DNA of 64,000 nt from Octopus vulgaris (taxonomy: Eukaryota), in contig OX597814.1 of assembly GCA_951406725.2 (NCBI GenBank), positions 137,950,001 to 138,014,000 of the forward strand, read 5' to 3'. Shown one piece after another: positions 39,440-51,574 of the stretch. Within the stretch, counting starts at the first letter, position 1; every line of letters starts with the position of its first letter. A program made the position numbers and the translations under genes. The notes beneath the pieces were generated by a model. That model had not been told where the DNA came from, ran no database searches, and saw only the letters and a list, made by a program, of their open reading frames with translations.

Positions 39440-39991
39440 CGAGGGTGAATCAAAAAGTAATGCCATTTTGTTTAGGTCAGGTATTTACCAACACTGGAAC
39501 ATGTATCATATATCAAAATTAAGCTGGTTCTCTGTGGATCACATCCTTACTTCTCAACATAGTCACCGTTTCTCTCAATAGCAGTGTTCCACCTTCAAAT
39601 GAGAGCATGTACCCTGCCCCATAAAATTCCGTTGATTGTTCTTTGAGCCACTTCTTCACTATCTCCACACTCACCAGATTAGCACCTTTAGACTATCATC
39701 TTTTCAGTGCCACGAAAGAGGGTTTGAGTGGCAAACATTATTCTAGTGATGAGGAAGTGAAAACTGTAGTGAAGAAGTGGCTCAAAGAACAGTCAACAGA
39801 ATTTTACGGGGCAGGGATATATGCTCTCATTCGAAGGTGGAACATTGCTATTGAGAGAAACGGTGACTGTGTTGGGAAGTAGGGATGTGATCCACAGAGG
39901 ACCAGCTTCCTTTTGATGTATGATACATGTTCCTGTGTTGGTAATTATATCTATCCTAAACAAAATGGCATTACTTTTTGACTCACCCTCG
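39440..39991. mobile_element. mariner derivative with two 3' ends
   Basis: TA|CGAGGGTGAATCAAAAAGTAATGCC TIRs extended to ~220 bp; LAPLDYHLF...EEVKTVVKKWL...WNIAIERNGD on the + strand. Confidence 0.9.
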
Positions 39992-40982
39992 TATATATAC
40001 ATACATATATATATATACTACTAATATAGGATGAAGTTTTTTTCTCTACAGAAAAAAATTCCATCAAGAAATGTGGTAGCATATTAAAATACCTTTACGG
40101 TTAAAATTATAAACAACCTATATATATGTATATATGACTTTTACCAGACTAGGCTTGTTGCATTCCTGTAAGAGTCATGTAAGATGAAATACATGAATAT
40201 GCCCTCTACTTTACATAATGATTATCTTTCTTTGTAGGTCCTTTCATTTCTTTCACTAAAATTATGTATGTGTGTTTATCTATACATGTATATACATGTA
40301 TACTTATATGCATATATAAATATGTATGTACCACCACCACTATCATCGTCACCAACATCATTGTTAATATTTTAACATCCACTTTTCAATGCTTGCATGG
40401 GTCACATAGAATATATTGAAGCAAATATTCTATGGCTGGATGCCGCTCCTGTTGCCAACCTTCACCTTTTTCTATGCAAAGTAATATTTCTCCATGCCTA
40501 GATATGATTTTTCATGGAAGACTAGAAACAAACATCCTTCCTTGTGTGACAATGATGCTCGTTTAACACACACAACACATGTACACACACCACACAGATA
40601 CACACACACCACACAGATACACACACACACACACACACACACAGATGTACATATACAATGGACTTCTTTCATTTTATCGCAACCAAGTCCATTCACAAGG
40701 CTTTGGTCATTCATGGATTATAGTAGAAGACACTTGCTCAAGATGCCACAGTGTAGGACTGAACCTGAGACTACATAGTTAGGAATCAAGCTCTTAAACA
40801 TGTAGCCATGTCCACTAAGAAATAACTGAGGAGTTAAAGGTATACCAGCTGAAGCTATTGAGCATGATGTGGACGTAGAGGCTGATTTTGTGACCATAGT
40901 AATTGTCTACGCATGGAATGGCTCGCCAGTTACATGAGAATGGAGAGACGTAACACACTTTTTAAAATATACCAAAGTAAGA

Positions 40983-41197
40983 AAGGCGGCGAGCTGGCAG
41001 AAACACTAGTATGCCGGGCAAAATGCTTAGTGGCATTTCCTCTGTCTTTATGTTCTGAGTTCAAATTCTGCTGAGGTCAGCTTTGCCTTTCATCCTTTCG
41101 GGGTCATTAAATTAAGTATCAGTTGCATATGGAGGTCGATCTAATTGACTGGCCCCATCCCCCAAAATTTCAGGCCTTGTGCCTAGAGTAGAAAAGA
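40983..41197 (+). mobile_element. SINE family B
   Basis: GGCGGCGAGCTGGCAGAA...GAGTTCAAATT...CTTTCATCCTTTCGGGGTC; related copies at ~36430 and ~47635. Confidence 0.8.
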
Positions 41198-42084
41198 ATA
41201 TACAAAAGTAAGCATCTCAAGTCATATCTTTAGCTATCGCATTTTCACTGCAAGTATACTTCAACACATTCAGTACAGCTCCTGTCACTACAAACACTAC
41301 TTGCATTACCACTTCCACCATCAGCACCACTACCAACGCCTCCACAAAAGCTAGCAATTATTATGAACCAACAAAGCATTATTTACGAGGTTGAGAAATA
41401 GCAACCAGTTTCTCTCAAATTGCTCCATACTCCCTAAAAGCTTGGGAACGTCACTTGAAGGCTTTATTATAGCAACCAAACTATAACCAGTCACAGATGA
41501 GCTGGGACTAATCAATCATGGCAACAACAACTGTTGTTAATACCAGGACAAAATTTGATAGGTGCATTTCAGTAAGTTCCTTCAATTACAATGTAACAGG
41601 TATGATGCAATATTTGAAACAAATTACAAATATATACAAATAATTGCGAGATAGTGCATTGTATTTGAAGAGCGCTGGACCGAGGAAGTAGCTATGCATG
41701 CAAACACTGAAATGAAAAACAGTCAGTAGGTCTGTACTTTTTGCAATTAAAGAAAACTATCTTTGTGAGTGTGTATGGAAAAGTATTTGGGTATGATGTG
41801 AGATACATGTAGATATTCTATATGTAAGAAGAGTCTTAGAATCAAAAGTCAACTTTAAACCTACATGCACACACACACACATACATACCTACATTACATT
41901 ACATTACATATATATTTACTTACACACATACATTTTCTACTTCACAATTTTAGATTGTTAAAATCCCATTGATTTATATACATTTATAACATTGATGAAC
42001 AAAAAAATTATTGAGACTAGTTTGGTATGATACAGTTCTATATTTAAGAGATGAGGAATTATGTACATTATTAAAATTATTTAC

Positions 42085-42965
42085 ATTCAATGGATATTTG
42101 TCCTCATCTTGTTTGTTGTTAACAACATTTTGGCTGATATACCCTCCAGCCTTCTTCAGGTGTCATGGGAAAATTTCTTGAGGTATTTTTATTATTATTG
42201 TTGTTCAGGTCACTGCTTGGAATTGAACTTGGAATCTTGGGGTTAGTAGCCCGTGCTCTTAACTATTATGCCATATGCCTGTGGGAAACTATAGAGTGAA
42301 TTTTATGGCTTATAAATCTAATATTTTTTCTATCCTTCCTTAATACCGGTTCCCATATGCTGCTCATATCTGCACTCAGTCTGATTAGGCAGTTGTTGTG
42401 CCCTAGCATATGTATTTCTTCTTTTAGTTTTCGTATTTTCCAGTGGTGTTCTTTGTCTTTTATTTTAACTTCATCCCTTAGGGGGAGGTGGTCTCCATTT
42501 TTCCATAGATGATCAGCTATACCAGATTTATCAATATCTCCTCATGTCACAGCCTTGCGATGTTTGTCTACTCTTATTTTGAGGGGGGGCATGTTTCATC
42601 GTTGTATAACCTATCACAGCTGCATGGGATGGAGTACACGCAGTCTTTGGTCATATTCTCTTCTATTGGTGGTTTTACTCTTGAATACTGTCTTGATGTC
42701 ATATGAGCTGCATATCTTTTGCATCTTTTAGGAGAGGCCTTTCACACAGGGTAGACAGACTGTGGACAGTTTTTTGGCCTCATCCTCTCTCTTCTTCATA
42801 ATTGGAGTGGATAGTATACTTTTGGAGTAGTTGTTGCTTAACAGATTGTTTGAGCTTGATCATTTCTTCGTGATGTGTATCACAATTGCTACTTATATTC
42901 TTGGCACAATGTTTTAGGCACTGAGCAATCCCTCTCTTTACACTGTATGGATGGTGGGAATTGAA
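42085..42965 (-). mobile_element. Penelope-like element: RT thumb, GIY-YIG endonuclease and 3' pLTR
   Basis: FNSHHPYSVKRGIAQCL; KDCVYSIPCSCDRLYNDETC..KIRVDKHRK (GIY-YIG); hammerhead motif at the 3' end. Confidence 0.85.
42121..42164 (-). ncRNA. Degenerate minimal hammerhead in the PLE pLTR
   Basis: GACAC-CTGAAGA-A-GGCTG(gagggtatat)CAGCC-AAAA-TG-TT-GTT; GAAA replaced by AAAA. Confidence 0.6.
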
Positions 42966-43163
42966 TTCAATGTCACCAGACCCTCTCCACATGCACACAT
43001 TTACACACTTTCACATACACACCTTTGTTTTGGGATCACCAATGCTTTATTATCTCCCCTTCTTCCCAGCTCTCCTGTCTAACTACCTTTGTCCAGCCAG
43101 CCACCATGATTGACTGCTAGCTCTAAAAGATTTTTATTCTCTCGCTGTTTATTTCCTCATGTT

Positions 43164-43200
43164 CTTTTCTGTTGAAGAGCTTAGGCTTGAAACATAAAAG
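43164..43200 (+). ncRNA. Degenerate minimal hammerhead-like motif
   Basis: CTTT..TTGAAGA-GC ttag GC tt-GAAA-CA-TA-AAAG; C3 replaced by U and stem III lost. Confidence 0.4.
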
Positions 43201-43678
43201 ACTTTCTCACCTTACCGAGCATTAAACTAATACACCTGTTTGTTGATTATACACCTGTCTTCATCTTTTCTTTTTCTGTAAATTTCAACTATACATATAT
43301 ACATACACACACATATACATATATAATATACATATATATTTATATGTATGTGTGGCATATTGGGCAAGTGTCTTCTATGATTCCTATGGGTGCACTAAAG
43401 CCTTGTGAGTGGACTTAGTAGACAGAAACTGAAAGAAACCTGAAGTAGATGTGTGTGTGTGTGTCGCCTCTAGTCTTGACATTGCATAATAGTTGTAAAG
43501 CAGTGTCATTTTATTTCTAACAATATTCTGTGTAAGCATATTCTGGCTATGGGAAAATAATAGGTTGCTTGAAAACAGATGGGGTTGGCAACAAGAAGGG
43601 CATTTCTTCATAGAAAATTTGCCTCAATAAATTCTGTCCAGACCATGCAAGCATGGACATTAAAACGATGATGATGAT

Positions 43679-43801
<123 letters not shown>

Positions 43802-44125
43802 GAGCAGTCATCACAAGTGAGAACAACCTGCAAGCATGTATCATGCTTTTAGTTGGCCTTGTAAACATGAGCAGAACAAAGACACTTGTATCCTTAATGC
43901 ACCAGAATATGGAATACATCACAATGAGAATGAGAGAGAGAGCGGGAGTAAGTGAGAAAGAGGGGAAGGGGGAGAGACACCAGGCTAGTATATTTATTTT
44001 GACTCTGAAAGAATGAAAGATGAAGTTCACCTTTGGAGGATTTAACTCTGAGTGTAGAGAATCAAAACAAATGCCATGATGCATTCTATCAGACATTCTT
44101 ACTACTTTACCAATCCACTTCCCTA

Positions 44126-44171
<46 letters not shown>

Positions 44172-44172
<1 letters not shown>

Positions 44173-44773
44173 TCTTTTACTTGTTTCAGTCATTTGACTG
44201 CGGCCATGCTGGAGCACCGCCTTTAATCGAGCAACTCGACCCCGGGACTTATTCTTTTGTAAGCCCAGTACTTATTCTATCGGTCTCTTTTGCCGAACCG
44301 CTAAGTAACGGGGACATAAACACACCAGCATCGGTTGTTAAGCAATGCTAGGGGGGACAAACACAGACACACAAACATACACATGCATATATATATATAT
44401 ATGACGGGCTTCTTTCAGTTTCTGTCTACCAAATCCACTCACAAGGCTTTGGTCAGCCTGAGGCTATAGTAGAAGACACTTGCCCATATATATATGTATA
44501 TATATCATCATCATCGCTTAATGTCTGCCTTCCATGCAGATACATTCTTTTATTCTTCTACTTGTTTCAGTCTTTTGACTGTCGCCATGCTGGAGCACCA
44601 ACTTTAGTGAAGCAAATCAACCCAAAGACTTATTCTTTGTAAACCTAGTACTTATTCTATTGGTCTTTTTTGCCAAACCGTTAAGTTACAAGAATGTAAA
44701 CACACCAGCGTCGGTTGTCAAGCGATGTTGGGGGACAAACACAGACACACAAACATATACACACACACACACA

Positions 44774-44816
<43 letters not shown>

Positions 44817-44965
44817 CAAACTTCTTTCAGTTTCCGCCTACCAAATCTACTCACAAGGCTTTGGTCAGCCCAAGGCAATAGTAGAAGACACTTGTCCAAG
44901 GTACCATACAGTGGGACTGAACCTGGAACTATATGGTTGGGAAGCAAGCTTCTTACCCCACAGTC
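44172..44965 (-). mobile_element. Two SINE family A copies in tandem
   Basis: Two TTGTTTCAGTC...AGAAGACACTTG units. Confidence 0.8.
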
Positions 44966-44981
44966 ACTCATATAAATATAT

Positions 44982-45018
<37 letters not shown>

Positions 45019-45676
45019 CAGGGTGCATAAGATATTTGAGGACAGAGTTATGTTTATGAAAATAAACAGATGTATAATAATAATAGATAATAACTCTATT
45101 TATCAAAAAATGTTATGAGGATAAAAGTAAACCTTCTTTACTATAATGTTATTCAATAAAGTCACCTTTAGCTTCAACAACTGCTTCTATATGAGATCTA
45201 AATCATCTAAATGCTCGAATCAAGTGGTCCTGGTTTACTTTGGACATTAATCTGACTATGGCAGCTTTCAAAGAATGTTTGGTGTTATGGGCATGTTCAT
45301 TGACCTCTCTCTCAACAACGCTCCTCATGTAATAGTCCAATGGATTGAGATCTGGGGAATTAGGAGGCCAAATATTCAGGGTTATGTGATCATGAAAATT
45401 TTCAGACATCCATTCCTGTGTTACTAGAGCCATGTGTAATAGTGCAAAGTCTTACTGAAACACAGATGACCTTCCATTATATACACTGCCTATCCAGGGC
45501 TTAACAACTGTTTCTAGGACCTCACTATAGGTGACAGAGTTAACTCTCAGGCCTTGTGGACAGAAGTAAGGAGGCATCACATGTCCTTTGCTGACAACCC
45601 CTAAAACCATGACAGTTGCAGGAAATTTTGTATACATAACACTTGGAACTTGAGAAGGATCTGCACATAACTTCAT
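45019..45676 (-). mobile_element. Tc1/mariner (maT/rosa-like) transposase remnant
   Basis: TVMVLGVVS...FQ*D...WPPNSPDLNPLDYY; TA|CAGGGTG terminus. Confidence 0.8.
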
Positions 45677-48080
45677 TATATTCAGAATTTATTGGAACAA
45701 AGGTAGTGTATTTCAATACAAACAAAAGGGTTAAGAACGTGACAGCTGGAGGGAGAGAAGGGTACACTAGCATTCCTTAAGTACTTATTTTCGGTAAGTA
45801 AACTGGAAGAACATGAATTGAAATACCTTGGCTAAGGACACATTAAACTATCTGTATAGGAATTGAACCTATGATGTTATGATCATGAAAAAACAATGTA
45901 GTTGAGAAGCAAACTTCTTACCACACAGCCACACCTAAGATATTCACTTACACAAGTAAACATCAAATCTGAAACATCATTTGACTTGGGTGCTTGAGAT
46001 AACATTGCAGCTAGTGTATGAAACTGCAGCATAGCTTGTACATTGTCATGCAAGCTTTAGTTAAGTCTGAGTATGACTATAAACTACATCTGGTAGCGGG
46101 ACCCTGGTTTTAGGGTTTGAGGAGTGTGGAACCATCTCTTAGCCACTATTGTTCCCAGGTTTATTCTGACCTGGTTTGGTAGCACCTATAAGTATCCCAG
46201 CTCTGGGTTAACTAGCAACAGTCCCCTTGCGACTGGGGTGGGGGATATCAGCAGAATGCAGTTGCTATATTCCCTGCGTGGCATGAGAGGCAACTAAAAG
46301 GGGCAGGAATGAGGGGACTGGGAATCCTCTCCTCCTAGTAAATCCATATTCCTAAAAAGACAGCAAGAAAAAAAAAATGTGCTAGGAAATGAATGGAATA
46401 CCTTGTGTGTGTCTTGTTGTGGCCATCCCCTTCAAAAAAATCTGGAATAGGCCTGGGTATGTGTTAGCACATTTAAGGTAAGAATGAGATGATTGAATAT
46501 GAGTGTTTGGATGTTGATGATTTGGCTGTTATTTTCAGTAGCTTAAGCAACCATATATCCTCTGTCGCTTTCTGTAGGTCATTTCACTAATTCTATAGTT
46601 TATGAATGGAGAGCAATGGCCCTCTGTGGGTCACTTTCAAAAGAGTCCATATTTACCTTTTGAAAGTGACCCACATCTGCATTGAAGAATTTCCTCACCA
46701 CTACCATAAATTCAGTAAATAGATATTGCAAATATTGGGGGTCACTTTCATTTTTACAATTTCCTATAGATTCTAAAGAATTTCTTATTGTTACAAAGAA
46801 TTCTGAAGGAAAAAGTGGATGTGTTTTTTCGTTATAGTATGCTACCCTCTATCTTCTGCATCCTTGTTGTAATTCCACCATTTCTTTGAGATATATTATT
46901 CGTGAGATGGTGTGCAGTACAGCAAGTCTCCTACAGGTTTATATTGTGTTCTATAAATACAGACACTGAAAACTATTTTACAACAAACAAGGCGGCAGAC
47001 ATATTTGTTTGTACAAGCTTATGTTCTTTTCTTCAGTTTTTATATGTTAATGTAGGCATTCAGTAAACTGTACAAATATACATAGATAAATGTATAGCGA
47101 ATATTTTAGACTAGGAATGAACGTAATATTAGTATATTGAATCAACTACAAAAATAGTAGCAACAGGTATTTTACTGGAGCCAAGATAGAGTAATTAAAG
47201 GTAAAATTATCATGTCAACAACATTGCTATTTAAAATGCACAGAGATGTCCATAAACATTGCAAAAATAAATTAGTTCTCTTGTTGTTAGAATAGGTCTT
47301 TTTCATGATATAAGAACAGATACATTTTATACAAATCAAACCAGCACAACCATAAATCTATCTCTTTTGATATATACATAAATATAGATGTATATATGTA
47401 TTTATGTGTGCTTGTGCATCTCCATTTGTGTACAAATGCATACATACCAATATATATATATATATATATATATTTTATATATACACACCAATATATATAC
47501 ATATATATATAAAGTAATATAGGTTTCAATGAAAAGGCAACTTTTGAGATATTGACAATCAAAAGAAATTATTTTCCTCAATATATTTTGGGAAAGAATC
47601 TCTCATACAGAATATACAATATGATATATAAATAGCAGCGAGCTGGCAGAAACGTTAGCATGCTGGGTGAAATACTTAGTGGTATTTCATCTGTCTTTAC
47701 GATCTGAGTTCAAATTCTGCTGAGTTTGACTTTGCCTTTCGGGGCTGATAAATTAAGTAGCAGTTGCATACTGGGGTCAATCTAATCGACTACCTCCCTC
47801 TCCACAAATTTCAGGCCTTGTGCGTAGAGTAGAAAAGAATATATAATATATAGATACTAAAAATTTTTATAAAATATATGAATATATAAAATACAAAATG
47901 CACATTCGTGTGAGATTGTTTGAATCTGTTCAAAAACATAAAAAGGTCGGATGTTAAATGTACAGTCAATGCATTGCAAAATCATAAATTTATATATATA
48001 ATAATAAATATTAGGGAATAAATCCAAACTTACAGGGAAAAATCAGATTTAGGATTGAATCCAATTTTATAGTAAAATAT

Positions 48081-48358
48081 TATATTATATTAAATTAGAG
48101 ACAAAACCACTATTAGGCAAATCATACAATGAAAAACTTAAGCCAATACATAAAATTATTTAATTTATATTTAAATATATAACAAAATTATTAAAAAAAT
48201 ATAATTAATATATCACTACGATCGTTTCATGGCTGATATATTAATTATATTTTTTTAATAATTTTGTTATATATTTAAATATAAATTAAATAATTTTATG
48301 TATTGGCTTAAGTTTTTCATTGTATGATTTGCCTAATAGTGGTTTTGTCTCTAATTTA

Positions 48359-48368
<10 letters not shown>
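48081..48368. repeat. Near-perfect AT-rich palindrome with a hammerhead 3' half in the spacer
   Basis: Arms ~48081-48215 and 48234-48368; minus-strand spacer GAAA-CGATCG-TA-GTGATATA. Confidence 0.9.
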
Positions 48369-48406
<38 letters not shown>

Positions 48407-48500
48407 TGTAAAAAACATAAATCTGAAAGAAGAAGCACACTCTAAGATGTAGAGCAGTACATATTAAATATGTATATATGTGTGTGTGTGAGTGTGTACG

Positions 48501-48531
<31 letters not shown>

Positions 48532-48664
48532 GTATATATATATATGTATATATATATGTATGTATGTATATATATATATGTATGTATGTGTGCATATATA
48601 TATATACATATATATGTATGTATATATATATATATATATGTATGTATATATATATATATATATG

Positions 48665-48705
<41 letters not shown>

Positions 48706-48779
48706 ATGTATATATATATATATATATGTATGTATGCATGTTTGTACATACATACATGCATACACACACACACACATAC

Positions 48780-48827
<48 letters not shown>

Positions 48828-49064
48828 GTGTGTGGTGTGAGATAAGAAATATTTTGTTTCAGAAGAGCTAGCAAATGAATTAGTGTAAGTGGAATTTCTT
48901 ATATCTTGACAAAAACATTAAATCTTTATAAATATTTAACTTGTGTAGAGTTCTTTTTAGATTTCTGGTCTTCAGGATCTTTGCTTCAAGAATTCTCTCT
49001 CTCTCTCTCACACACACACATGCATGTTGGGTTATCAGATAAATTTGCTAATTTATTTTATTCC

Positions 49065-49535
49065 TTTCCTGTCTTTACGTTCTGAGTTCAAATTCCGCCA
49101 AGGTCAACTTTGCCTTACGTCCTTTCAGGGTTGATAAATTAAGTACCAGTTGCATAGAGTAGAAAAGAAATGTTAGCATGCCGAGTGAAATGCTTGGTGG
49201 TATTTTGTCTGTCTTTACGTTCTGAGTTCAAATTCTGCCGAGGTCGACTTTGCCTTTCATCCATTCGGGGTCGATTAAATAAGTACCAGTTACGCACTGG
49301 GGTCAATATAATCGACTTAATCCGTTTGTCCTCTCTGTGTTTAGCCCCTTGAGGGTAGTAAAGAAATAGGTATTTTGTCTGTCTTTACGTTCTGAGTTCA
49401 AATTCTGCCGAGATTGACTTGTCTTTTCATCCTTTTATGGTCGATAAATTAAGTACCAGTTGTGCACTGGGGTCAATCTAATCGACTGGGCCCCTCCTCC
49501 AAAATTTCGGGCCTTGTGCCTAGAGTAGAATAGAA
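49065..49535 (+). mobile_element. Tandem multimer of the SINE family B core
   Basis: Three repeats of CTGTCTTTACGTTCTGAGTTCAAATT...AAGTACCAGTT. Confidence 0.8.
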
Positions 49536-49749
49536 CATATTAACCCGTATATTTTCATTCAGAGATACATACATTCACTGTACTCTGAGGAATCTGTCAT
49601 GTATTTCTAATGCAAAATACTTCGTTCATGATCTTGTTCTCCTTTTCTATCATTAACATCCAGTAATTAATCATTTCTATCAGTAATTTCATAATAAATC
49701 ATAAACTGATCCAAAATAATTTGTGTACTTATTCTTTATATTTTTTTTT

Positions 49750-50360
49750 ATTTGTTTCAGTCATTTGATTGCGGCCATGCTGGAGCACCAACTTTAGTCC
49801 TACCAATCAAACCCAGGATTTCTTTTGTAAGCCAAGTACTTATTCTTTTCTACTCTAGGCACAAGGCCTGAAACTTGGTGGTGGGGGGGTAGTCGATTAG
49901 ATTGACCTCAGTATGCAACTGGTACTTACTTTAAAGACCTCGAAAGGATGAGAGGCAAAGCTGACCTTGGCGGAATGGAATTTGAACTCAGAATATAAAG
50001 ACACGACATACCGCAAGGCATTTTGCCTGGCATGCTAATGATCAGCTCACTGCCTTAGCCTAGTACTTATTCTATCAGTCACTTTTGCTGAACTTCTAAC
50101 TGACAGGAACGTGAACACACAAACATCGGTTGTCAAGCAATGGAATGGTGGTGGTGGTGGGGGACAAACACAGACACACAAACATATACATATATACGAT
50201 GGGCTTCTTTCAGTTTCCATCTACCAAATTCACTCACAAGGCTTTGGTCGGCCTGAGGCCATAGTAGAAGACACTTGCCCAAGGTGTCACGCAGTGTGAA
50301 TGAACCTGGAACCAAGTGGTTGGGAAGCAAGCTTCTTACCACACAGCCACACCTGCACCT
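49750..50360 (-). mobile_element. SINE family A with nested family B (~49845-50055)
   Basis: Family B insert flanked by duplicated AGCC(A/T)AGTACTTATTCT. Confidence 0.75.
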
Positions 50361-50887
50361 ATACAGATTCAAAAGATATAATTAAAAAACATGATACATT
50401 TTACATGGAAATTGAAAAAGAATGTGTATATTGAGAAGTTAAATGTAACAAAAATTGTTTTAGAGAGAGAAATTATTCACATAAAAATCATTCATTAACT
50501 CATTTTGAAAATGGTGAACACCTTATTATACTTTATCCTTAACTTTTACTTGTGTTAGTCATTGGGCTGTAGCCATGCTGGAGCATTGCCTTGATGGGTT
50601 CAGTTAAACAATTCAACTGAGTACTTTCTTAATCTGCTACTTATTCTATTGAGCTCTTTTACCAAACTTCTAAGTTACAGGGAAACGAACTAACACTGGT
50701 TGTCAAGAAGTGGTAGGGGGCATGCTCGAAATGAGGAGCAGATAGACAGCCAACAACTAATGAAAGGGTCCTTTCTCTGTGTTTACTTGTCCTGTTTCCC
50801 ATTTTTCTTCTCGTATATGTATTTCACTTGTTTGTTTATGTATTTCATGTTATTTGCACAGTTGGTGATGTCCTGTAAACATATTCT

Positions 50888-51557
50888 TTTACTTGTTTCA
50901 GTCATTTGACTGTGGCCATGCTGGAGCACAACCTTTAGTCAAGCAAATCGACCCAGGACTTATTCTTTGAAAGCCTAGTACTTATTCTGTCTGTCTCTTT
51001 TTGTTGAACTGCTAAGTTATGGGGACATAAACACACCAAGCGATGTTGTGGGGACAAACACAGACACAAACATATATATATGATGGGCTTCTTTCAGTTT
51101 CTATCTACCAAATCCACTCACAAGGCTTTGGTCAGCCCGAAGCTATAGTAGAAGACACTTGCTCAAGGTGCCACACAATGGGACTGAACCCAGGACCATG
51201 TGGTTGGGAAGCAAGCTACTTACCAACCACATGGTTCCGGGTTCAGTCCCACTGCATGGCACTTTGGGCAAGTGTCTTCTACTATAGCCTCGGGCCGACT
51301 GAAGCCTTGTGAGTGGATTTGGTAGATGGAAACTGAAAGAAGCCTGTTGTATATATATATATATATGTATGTGTGTCTGTGTTTGTCCCCCCAACATTGC
51401 TTGGTGGGTTTACGTCCCCATAACTTAGTGGTTCAACAAAAAGAGACAGATAGAATAAGTACTAGGCTTACAAAGAATAAGTGCTGGGATCGATTTGCTT
51501 GACTAAAGGTGGTGATTCAGCATGGCCACAGTCAAATGACTGAAACAAGTAAAAGAG
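50888..51557. mobile_element. Head-to-head fused SINE family A palindrome
   Basis: Minus-strand copy ~50888-51220 mirrored by plus-strand copy ~51215-51557; joined inside the tRNA-like head. Confidence 0.85.
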
Positions 51558-51574
51558 TTATAGAGTATATATAT

